From a virus (Duplodnaviria > Caudoviricetes), in the IMG/VR virus record IMGVR_UViG_3300048837_000161, positions 1 to 59,516 of that record: 59,516 bases of DNA. The stretch is one strand, 5' to 3'. Under the pieces are notes generated by a model that was not told the origin of the DNA, did not search any database, and saw nothing but the letters and a program-made list of their open reading frames with translations. Position numbers and translations under genes: made by a program. The first letter of the stretch is position 1; each line of letters begins with the position of its first letter. Of the stretch, positions 1 to 9,200 are shown piece by piece.

Positions 1-167
1 ATCATCAAGGCGCCCGAGGTTGAAGCCGTGGCGCACCACGACCCCGAGCAGTACAAGGCGAAGCTGCCCGATCAGGTTCCATTCTGGCCCAAGGGCTACG
101 CCTGGGACGGCCAGTTCCTCAAGGTGGCGAAGAAAGACGAGGAAGGCGCGCTCACCTGGATCAACTT
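1..167 (+). repeat. Imperfect terminal direct repeat, left copy (partner 59350-59516)
   Basis: Ungapped codon-by-codon alignment, about 18 mismatches in 167 nt, mostly third-position. Confidence 0.95.
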
Positions 168-1875
168 CTCCAACACCTACGTCTATCCGTACATGCGCTT
201 CCGCCAGGAAGACGGCACCTTCGCCATCAGGCTCTCCATGAAAGTGGACGACAAGCGGTGGCGTGAGATCGAGGTGCCCAGCAAGGCCGTCGCGGAAACC
301 CAGGCGCTCGCCAACGCGCTGGGTGCGTATGAAATCTACACGATCGGCAAGCAAGGAAGAGAACACATGAAACAGTTCATGCAGGACGCGATCAGCGCTG
401 CACGAGCCCATAGCGTGGAGACTGTCACCTACTCCAGTTTCGGGTGGCACGACGACGGCTTCGTGCTTGGCAACAAGAAAGTCACCGGGCGGGGCGTCGA
501 GCCCGCCATGCTCAACCTGCCCCCAAACCTCTCCGGCGACTTCGGTGTGCGTGGTACGGCGCAGGAGTGGGTCGAGAAGATCGACGCCATCTACAACCGC
601 CCGAACGCCGAACCCTACCAGTTCCTCATCTGTGCCGCCTTCGGCGCCCCGCTGGTGTCGTTGGCCGAGTCGGATATGTGGCATGGCATCCCCATCGCCC
701 TGACGGGCGACAGCGGTCTTGGCAAGACCACAACCTGCAAGGTCGCTGTGTCGATGTATGGCGGGGCCGACAACCTGTCGGTAACGGCGAGCGAGAACGG
801 CAGCACCATGAACGCGCTTCTGAAGCGCGTGGCGATCGCCCGCAACCTGCCCTTCGTCATGGACGAGATGACCGGCCGGAACTCCAAGGAGTTGCAGGAC
901 ATGCTGTTCGCGCTGTCCAACGGCAAGCCAAAGGGGCGCCTGCGCGGTGACGGCAGCTTCATCGCCGACGACCTCAACTGGGACACCATCACGTTCATCA
1001 CCGGCAACATGAACATCACCGCGCTGCTGTCCGAGCTGGACCGGCAGAAGGCGCAAGCTACCCAGATGCGCTGCTTCGAGATCATGCTGGCCGATGACTT
1101 CAACACCAAGGTGTTCGGCGGTGCCGACGCCAAGGAGCAGATCGAGGACATCCTGCGCGAGAACTACGGCGTGGTGGGTCGGGAGTACCTGCGGTTTGTG
1201 CAGCGCAACAAGCGTAGCATCAGTGAACGGCTCCAGAAGATGCGCGCCAAGCACAACCCCCTCAACCAGGACGAGACTCGTGAGCGCTTCTACCACGACG
1301 TCGTGATCACCGCCATGCTCGGCGGGGCCATTGCGCAGAAGCTGGGGTTCATCCGGTTCGACCTCCAGGCGATCCAGAAGTGGGCGAACAGACACATCAT
1401 CGCGCTGCGCGACTGGCGTACCGCCGCGAACTACACGGCGGAAGACTACCTCCAGCAGATGCTCTCCGACATGCAGAGCCGCATCGTCACCACGCGCTGG
1501 TTCCGTGACGCCCGCACCGGAAGGTACACTGAGATGGTGGACGCGAACCGGGTCCGTAACCCGGTGGCGCGCATGGCGACAGAAGATCGGCGCTTCCTCA
1601 TCGCCAGCAAGGCGGTCAGCGACTGGTGCGCGGAGAACCGGGTTGCAAGTGCGTGGTTCAAGAGCGAGTTGGACAAGAAGGGCTACATCGTCCACTCGCT
1701 TCTAACTGGCGACAAGCGACCGGCGCCAGTTAACCTGTTCCGGGGCACCAACCTCCCTGGCGCAGCGGTTCGCTACATCGAACTGGACTACGGCAGGGTG
1801 TCGAGCCTGGACAACCGGGCGAGCCTTCGCGTGGTGGAGCCTGAGTCACCGGAGCCGGAAGCACAGTCACAATAA
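1..1875 (+). CDS. DNA primase/helicase, C-terminal part (DUF927 + P-loop NTPase); 5' part is at the other end of the window
   Basis: Frame 1 is open from base 1. DUF927-like 'SSFGWHDDGFVLG', Walker A 'GDSGLGKTT', Walker B 'FVMDE'. First 55 codons match the last codons of the 58261 ORF. Confidence 0.85.
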   Translation: MIKAPEVEAVAHHDPEQYKAKLPDQVPFWPKGYAWDGQFLKVAKKDEEGALTWINFSNTYVYPYMRFRQEDGTFAIRLSMKVDDKRWREIEVPSKAVAETQALANALGAYEIYTIGKQGREHMKQFMQDAISAARAHSVETVTYSSFGWHDDGFVLGNKKVTGRGVEPAMLNLPPNLSGDFGVRGTAQEWVEKIDAIYNRPNAEPYQFLICAAFGAPLVSLAESDMWHGIPIALTGDSGLGKTTTCKVAVSMYGGADNLSVTASENGSTMNALLKRVAIARNLPFVMDEMTGRNSKELQDMLFALSNGKPKGRLRGDGSFIADDLNWDTITFITGNMNITALLSELDRQKAQATQMRCFEIMLADDFNTKVFGGADAKEQIEDILRENYGVVGREYLRFVQRNKRSISERLQKMRAKHNPLNQDETRERFYHDVVITAMLGGAIAQKLGFIRFDLQAIQKWANRHIIALRDWRTAANYTAEDYLQQMLSDMQSRIVTTRWFRDARTGRYTEMVDANRVRNPVARMATEDRRFLIASKAVSDWCAENRVASAWFKSELDKKGYIVHSLLTGDKRPAPVNLFRGTNLPGAAVRYIELDYGRVSSLDNRASLRVVEPESPEPEAQSQ

Positions 1876-2070
1876 TAGTCACAGCCGACCCAGAAAGCCC
1901 GCAACTGCGGGCTTTTTCATTTCTGCCCGAAGGAAGTGAACCCGCTTGTGGCGCGGGGTCTGTGGTTGCAAACTTCCAGCACTGGCGCGGGTTTGGCGTT
2001 GCATAGCGTAACTTAAGGGTTGCCTGAACAACGGTAAATAACCTACGCTTTAGTCACAGCACCAGTCACA
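1865..2070. mobile_element. attP-like recombination region with paired arm-type sites
   Basis: AGTCACA at 1865, 1877, 2052 and 2064: two direct pairs, each spaced 12 nt, bracketing about 170 nt just upstream of an Arm-domain integrase. The core sequence was not identified. Confidence 0.65.
1894..1917 (+). terminator. Rho-independent terminator, possibly bidirectional
   Basis: AAAGCCCGCA-AC-TGCGGGCTTTTT right after the primase stop. Confidence 0.8.
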
Positions 2071-2082
2071 GAATCCACGCCG

Positions 2083-3195
2083 ATGTCATTATCCGATCTG
2101 GCAATCCGCCGCCTCAAGCCGACCGACAAGGACCAGTTCATCGCCGATGGCGACGGGCTCTACCTGCGCGTGTCGAAGACCGGGCGCAAGACGTTCGTGC
2201 AACGCGAACAGGCCCACGGCAAGAGCCGCTGGGTGACGCTCGGAACCTACCCCAGCTTGTCGCTCATGGACGCCCGCACGGCGATCCACAACGCGCGTAG
2301 CAGCGCACAGCCGCTCAACAAGACCTTCGCCCAAGCCTGGGAGGCATACCACCAGCACCTCGTGGAGACCGTGCGCCGCCCCGACAACCACGCCCAGCAG
2401 ATCACGGCGAACTTCCTCACCCCCTTCGGCACGACACCCATCCGACTCGTCACCCGTGCGGACATCAGCGGCGTGCTGCAAGACATGCTCGACCGGGGCT
2501 CTCCCGTCTCGGCCAAGCGGGCGCTCCAGGTGGTGCGGGGGATGTTCGACTTCGCGGTGTCACGCGGCTGGTTGGAGGAGAACGTGCTGTCCCGGCTGTC
2601 GTCCCGCCACATCGGCCCTCCGGTTCAGTCCAGAGACCGGGTGCTCTCGGACGATGAGTTAATGAGAATCATTCGTAATACTGCTCTCGCACCGAGAATG
2701 ACTCTCAAGCGCAAACTGATCTATGGGCTGCTGCTTCTCACCGGGCAGCGCCGCGCCGAGGTACTGGGCATCCATACAGGTGAAGTTCAGGGTGCGTGGT
2801 GGATCATCCCCGAGGAGAGGACCAAGGCGCAGCGCGAGCAGAAGGTCTATCTCAGCCCGCAGGCCCGTGCGCTGGTGAAGCTCGCGTTTCGGCAGTTTGG
2901 AGACCGCCCCTTCCGGGGGCTTGACCCCTCCAGCGTGTCGGCATCAGCGAACTACACAGTGCGGCACTGGCAGATGACGCACTTCACCTTGCACGACCTG
3001 CGGCGCACGATGGCGACCCGGCTGGCCGAGACGGGGGTTGGACTCCACGTCATCGAGAAGCTGCTGAACCACCGCATGGAGGGTGTGCTGGCGGTCTACA
3101 ACCGCGCGGAGTACCTGCCCGAGCGGCGCGAGGCGTGGCGGCTGTGGGGGCGGCATGTTGCTGCACTGCGCAAAAAAGAACCCCCGGAGGGTTAG
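2083..3195 (+). CDS. int: Tyrosine integrase with N-terminal Arm DNA-binding domain (P4-like)
   Basis: N-terminal 'LSDLAIRRLKP...DGDGLYLRVS...WVTLGTYP.LSL.DAR'; catalytic R (TGQRR), K (ERTK), HDLRR, H (LLNH) and Y (AVYN). Confidence 0.93.
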   Translation: MSLSDLAIRRLKPTDKDQFIADGDGLYLRVSKTGRKTFVQREQAHGKSRWVTLGTYPSLSLMDARTAIHNARSSAQPLNKTFAQAWEAYHQHLVETVRRPDNHAQQITANFLTPFGTTPIRLVTRADISGVLQDMLDRGSPVSAKRALQVVRGMFDFAVSRGWLEENVLSRLSSRHIGPPVQSRDRVLSDDELMRIIRNTALAPRMTLKRKLIYGLLLLTGQRRAEVLGIHTGEVQGAWWIIPEERTKAQREQKVYLSPQARALVKLAFRQFGDRPFRGLDPSSVSASANYTVRHWQMTHFTLHDLRRTMATRLAETGVGLHVIEKLLNHRMEGVLAVYNRAEYLPERREAWRLWGRHVAALRKKEPPEG

Positions 3196-3203
3196 TCCGG
3201 GGG
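3172..3203 (-). terminator. Rho-independent terminator of the late (minus-strand) operon
   Basis: CCCCCGGA-7nt-TCCGGGGG stem preceded by an A-run on + (U-run on -), about 60 nt after the last late gene. Confidence 0.65.
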
Positions 3204-3250
3204 AAATCTCTCAGGGAGGAGAGGAGGGGGAGAAGTCGGTGGAACCAACT

Positions 3251-3266
3251 TGCTTACATCGTAGCA
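3251..3266. promoter_or_regulatory. 16-bp TGYT-N8-ARCA site
   Basis: TGCTTACATCGTAGCA, abutting the stop codon of the 2263-aa gene. Confidence 0.6.
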
Positions 3267-6200
3267 CTACTGGAGCGATTGCACAAACCCCCTCGCCTGC
3301 TCCGTGGTGCGGACCCCGCCTTGAAGCTTCGCTTCGGCCTTGGCTTTCTCGCGCGGCGCCTTGAGCATCTCGGACAGAGGCTGCACCTTGAACCCGAGGT
3401 TCTTGCGGCTCGCCTGCATCTCAGCCCACGCCTGACGGGCCTCCAGCATCGCTTCGCGGTCGTTCTCCTCGTAGGCTTCGCTGTACTGGCGCTTCAGCTT
3501 GGTGACACGCTCGCGGAAGAACTGCTCGTACTGCTGCGACTTGAACTGCGTCTCCGTGCGGCTCGTGGTCTTCAGGGTCGGCAGGCCCAGGCCCATCATC
3601 AGCGAGTCGTAGAAGCTCAGTTCCTCCGGCGTGAGGGCAGTCTGCCCGTTGCGAAGCTGGATGCCGTCCTGCGCTGCCATGAAGCCGCGCGTCGCGTCCC
3701 GGAAACCACGAGGTAGAAGCTGCGCCGTTCCTTGCGCCACATCGCCCTTGAGGATGCGCCCGAAGGCGTCGACAACCTGGGCGCCCAGACCCCCGATCAG
3801 CGGACCCATCGCAGCCGTCACAGCCTTCTCGTAGCCGCCACGGGTTGCCTCGTACTCCACGAAGGGCAGTGGGTCGAGCATCGTCCCGGCACCGATCTTG
3901 TTGCTCATGTTGATGTTGATGAGCGAGGGCAGCCCGTGCAGGATCAGGTCGGCTATCTCCTTGTCGCCGATGGCGCGGCGCACATCCACTTCCCAGTCGT
4001 TCGGGTCGTCATCATCTCCGGCGATCGCGTAGATCGCCCCAAGCAGGGCCGAGGCGGGGATGCCGACTGCACCGGCCAGCAGCGCGTGGTTCATGAAGAG
4101 GTAGCCCAGTGCCGCACGCATGGCACGCTTTTCTTGAGGGTTTGCGCCCTTGATCGAGCCGTGGATCACCTTGGCGAACAGGCTCAACTGGATCAACTGG
4201 AACTTGCGGAACTGCGTCATCACCTTGGGCATCATGCGCAGGTAACGCGGCGCGTTGGTCGAGCTGTAGTCGCCGTGGGTGTCCTTGATGATCGAGTCCG
4301 CGTAGTCCAGCGCCGCCGCGTGGCGCTTGGCCTGGGTGCCGGTAGTCTGGTCGTACATCAGGCGGTAGGCGGCGAGCGCCGACGACATCCGGTTCAGCAC
4401 CTCCAGCTTGCGGGTGCCCATGCCGACCTTGCGCATCACTTGGTTGAAGACCTTGCTGATCTCCCCGCGCGACTCCCAGTAGCCCAGCTCTGCCGAGATG
4501 CCGAAGTCCAGCGTGCCGCGTGCTTGCAGCTCGATGAGCATCGCCTTTTCGTCGGCGGTACCGTTAAAGCGCGAGAGGTCCGCCGCCTCGTTCCACGAGC
4601 TGCCCTTCAGCACCCGCATTGCGTCCTGGTATCCGCGCATGAGTTGGCGCATCGAGCGGTTCTGACCAAACTTACCGGCAAGCACCGGCTGGGTCATCAT
4701 CATGACCTGTGTGGCGTTCTGCACGTAGTAGCCTGGGCTGGTGAGCAGCATCCAGAACGAGTTGAGCGACATCAGCTTGTCTTGAACAGGCGTCTCGCGG
4801 AAGTCCAGGTCCATCATGTGGCGCTGCAAAATCTCGTTGCGCAGGCGGGTCTTGAGCAGACTATCACCCTGCCCGTTCTTAGCCTCGTTGCGCAGCTTCT
4901 GCATCTCGTCGACAATCTCGGAGTTGAACTGCAACGCACTCACGAGGTGCGAGTCCGCCCGCCCCTGTGTGGCGAAGGCCCGCATCATGTCCTTGGCCGC
5001 AGTGTCACGGTCTGCCCGGTTCACGAACTGGCGCTTCTGTTCCGAGTGGCGGGCGTTAGCTTCGTGCAGCGTCGAGATGTAGAGGTCTACCAGCAGCTTG
5101 TTGAGCGTGCGCTTGGACTTGGTGTTCAGGTCGCCGTCGAGGTCCGTATCGACCATCTTGCGCAGGCGCTGCACCGCCATGAACGGCAACTCGCCGAACT
5201 GCTCCGTGGCGGTTTCCTTCTCGCCAGCCCACACCATCCCCTTACCAAACTTGCCTTCCAGCACCCCTTGCAGGCGCTCGGCCTCGTACAGCGTCTCGGC
5301 AAACTCGACGACGTAGTGGTTCTCGTCACGCTTCAGTTTGGCGTCAACCGGCCCAGCGGCTTCCGCGTCGCGGTACTTCTGCGACTTGGCGACCACCACG
5401 TAGTTGCCGTAGCGGCGCAGCGGGGCATACGGTCCGTTCATCTCGGCGATAAGGCGACCGGCTTCACGCAGCTCCTTGTCGCGCTGGCGCTCCAGCTTGC
5501 GCCGCTTGCCGTCGTCGGTCTCGGCCTTGATAAGCGCCTCGTACTCACCCGTGAGCGTCTTGCGCAGCAGGTCTTGCTTCTCCTTGAAGATCGCGTCACC
5601 GTGGCGGAACACGTCCTTGATGACGGTCTGAGCCTCGGTCGGCAGCGCGTTGAATCGACGCTCAATCTCGGGGTCGACGACGGCGTCTCGCTTCCAGTCC
5701 GGGGCAAACCCCCACTTCTTGTCGAAGGTGGAGTCGTAGATGAACCGCTGCACCGCTTCGCTTGCTGGGCGCCCGTTGATTTGCCCCTTCAGATCGGCGA
5801 ACTTCGACAACACCTTCTCCACCTCGATCTGGATTTCGTAGGCACGAGTGGCTTTTTTGCGCTGCACCAATTCGAGGGCACGAGCCGAGGTCAGACCGGC
5901 GCGGTGTGCTGCGTTAGCCAGATGTGAGGAGAAGGCCAGCCCGGTCCACCCCTTGCGAACGCCAGCCCGGATCGCTGCCCAAGCGCGTTGGCTGGACTCT
6001 TGTGCGAGTTCGGTGAGTTGGGGGTCGGCAGCTTTGGAGAATCTGATTCGACGGTCGGTCGGATCGTAGTTGCCGTTGTTGCCGATAGCCGACTTGATCT
6101 GGGTCGGCTCGAACACGGCGAAAATGTCCGAAACCTCGGCAAAATCGTTGTGTATCGTATCTTTTGCGTTGCGGAAGATGACCCCGTCGTGCCCGTTCTT

Positions 6201-9200
6201 TTTGGCTTCTGCCACGACCGACGCGAAGCTACGCTCACGATAGTCGCTGCCCTTGTAGTCCACTACCAGGGGGTTCTGCATCGAAAGATAGACCGGCAGC
6301 ACGTTAGCTCCGATCGTGAATTCAACACCGCTTGTCATCTCGTCCCACTCCGCGTGCTCGGCTTTGGAGAGGGTCGTCTCGTTGATGGACTTCAACAGCA
6401 TCTTGCGCAGCGACTCGGGCAACACCTCGCTTTTTGCTGCGTTATCAATGATTGACACTTTCAGGCTTGGGCGCGACTCGGACAGCACTGCGTAGCCAGA
6501 AGCCACTTTCGGACTGGCGGCAAAGAAAAACGCCTTTTTAGCCGAGGCTGCGCGGGTGTTGGCACCGAGCGCCAACGGGTCAAAAAACTCAATATCAGCG
6601 GCAGTGCCGTGATACACCACCAGCGGATTGCCCTGTGCGTCGACCACTTTGGAGTCGCCGAACCAACGCTTGAAGGCGTCGGTGGACGCGCGAGGCGCCC
6701 CGCCATACTCCCCGTCCAACTTCCCAGTCAGCTCCAAGTTCGCGGCACCATACGCCAAGTCCACAACGTTCTGCGCGGTGAGGCGGTCGGCGTTGATGAG
6801 GTTCAGGCGGCGCAGCGCCACCTTGAACGCGGCCCAGAGGGTGCGGAACCAGCGCCCCAGCTCGGTCTTGTACTGCATCGCGGTTGGGTTCACCCCGGCC
6901 TTGACGGCCTCCTCGACGAAGTACGCGATGGTCTCGGGGGCGAGGTCGGCGTCGTTTTTCAGCTTGGCGGACTCTACCCGAGCGAGCGCCGCTCGGGCGA
7001 TCCTGGCTTCCTGGGTGTTGGCGTCGGACTGCGCCCAGTCGAAGATTTTCTTCACCAGCGCTTCGTACTGCGCGGCCGTCAGCAGTTTCTCGATACCCAA
7101 GTGCGCGCCGATCTCGTGGAGCACCACCGCCAGCTCCGAGCCGTTGGGGATGTTACCGGCGATGAAGAACGCGTTACCCTTGGAGTCGACCCAACCCTGC
7201 GTACCTTTGGCGTCCTTGGAGTTAAGCGCACCGCTCTGCACCGCCTCGTCGGCGGTCTGGTACACCGTGATCTTGCGCCGACCCATCGGGGTGGCGATGG
7301 CGTTGATGGCCGAGCGGACGGCCTCGACCGTGGTGCCTTGGGTGCCGGTGGTGCGGGAGTACCTGTTGCCCTCCCCAAACCCAGCCGTATCGGAGTCGAC
7401 CGCATCGGTTACTTCTTCTCGGGCGTCGGTTTCTTGCCGTGCTTCTCCCGCATCTCTTGCCGGAACTGCCCCTTGAACTTGCGCCACAGCTCCTGCTTCT
7501 TCAACTGCTCGCTGCGGCTGACTGGCTTGTTGTCTTGCGCCATCTGCAATCTCTCCGAAAACCCGCATCAGTTGCTGTGCGGACAAAACCTCGTCGTTGA
7601 AGGCAATCGCCGCCTTGGTGTACCGGATTTGGTCCGCACTATCGAGCTGCGCGAACGGCACGTCGCCTTCCTGAAGGTCTTGATCGTACTCCAAACCAGC
7701 AATACGAACCGCTTCTTCGGTAATCTCTTGGCCATTGTGGTCGCGCTCAGTGCGCGCCATCGACTCCACGGCTTCGACCTGCTCCAGTGCGTCAACATCA
7801 GCACCCTGCTCCCCTCGGAACCCTTCGTCGAACTCCTCGCGGGCGATGTCGGTGTCAAGATCAAGAGCTTCTGCGCCGTCGACGGCGTCGGCCATCTCGA
7901 ACTCGTCGTTAGCCTGATTCACCGCACCGTTGTTCGACTCGTCACGGTAGGTCATACCTGCCCCGGATTGGGCGACCTCTGCGGCGCTCGCAGTTTGGAC
8001 GTCGGCACCGCCCGCCATTCGGCGGCTTTCGTCCGGGAAGTACAGGCGCAAGCGCTCCTGGGTCAGCCCGAACGGGCGACCTGCTTCGGCGAGCTTCCTC
8101 AGCGCCTCCTTGTGCTGCTGATCAATACGCTGGCGCGTGGTGCCTGACTCTCCGCGCTCTTTCAGTTCCGACCCGATCTCCTCGAACGTCATCTTGTCGA
8201 AGTGATACTTGGTCAGGACTTCGCGCTCGCGCTCGCTCAGAGTGTCGAAGATGCGGGAAACTTGGGCTCGCTCTGCGTCTCGGGATTGCTCTGCGCCAAC
8301 CTGCGCGCCTTCCTGTCTGCGCGCTTCTTCTGCTTGCGCAGCCACTTGTTCAACCGGGGGCACATTGGTGGGTTGGGCTTCTTGTTGCGCTGCCGCAATG
8401 TCCGCACTAAACATCTCCCACGCGGGCGGGCTCATCCCGGACTGAATTTTTGGAAGAAGGTCGGGGCGGTTAAGTGCCGCGCTGATCAACGCGTCTGAGT
8501 CTGCGCTGAGGAGGACTTGTTGGATTTCTACACCGCTGCTCGCCGTGTCGAGCCGGTCAGCTACGCTGGCAGGCTGTTGTACGACGGGGGCTCCTTGGGC
8601 TGCGCGCTGGCGCGCGATGGCTTCGAGGGCGGCGACACGCCACACCGCATCCGCCTTGCGGCTGGTGGAAAGCGCCTCTATCGAGCGCTCGATCTCTCCA
8701 GGCATGAACCCTTCATATTCGGCGATGGCTTCTTCGACGTTGCGCTTCAGGCTACCGTCACGGCGCAGCGTGGCGGGCGAGGCTTGCGCGACCGCCGAGC
8801 GAACCGGGTCGGACTGGAGGGGTTGCGGCACCGGGATGTCGATCTTGGGCGGGCGAGGAATGTCGACCGGGGGCATCTCGTTGACGCCACCGAAAAGGTC
8901 CGACTGCGGCACATCGACCGTCGTCTCCTGCCCCTGCTGGAACCCAGACACATACCCCGCCGCGTCGAACGGGTTGCGAAGCCCGCGCGTGCCGATAGCC
9001 TCTTCGCCAGTGACGTCGAAGTTGAGTTCGGACTGCCCGACTTGGGGCGCCGCCTCGACTTGCGGCGAGCTGTCGCGGTTCAGAAGGTCGATCGGGTCGG
9101 CCGGGTTGCGCTGGCCACGGAAGCCAGCCGGCAGGTTGAAGGTGCCGCCCACCAAGCCGCCGATGACCGCCGAGTTCAGGCGGCGGGAGTCGATTTCGTC

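Noticed and set aside
3732-8147. Long antisense ORFs (731 aa, 512 aa and similar ones elsewhere)
   Set aside because: Shadow frames of GC-rich genes on the opposite strand, with no RBS or recognisable motifs.
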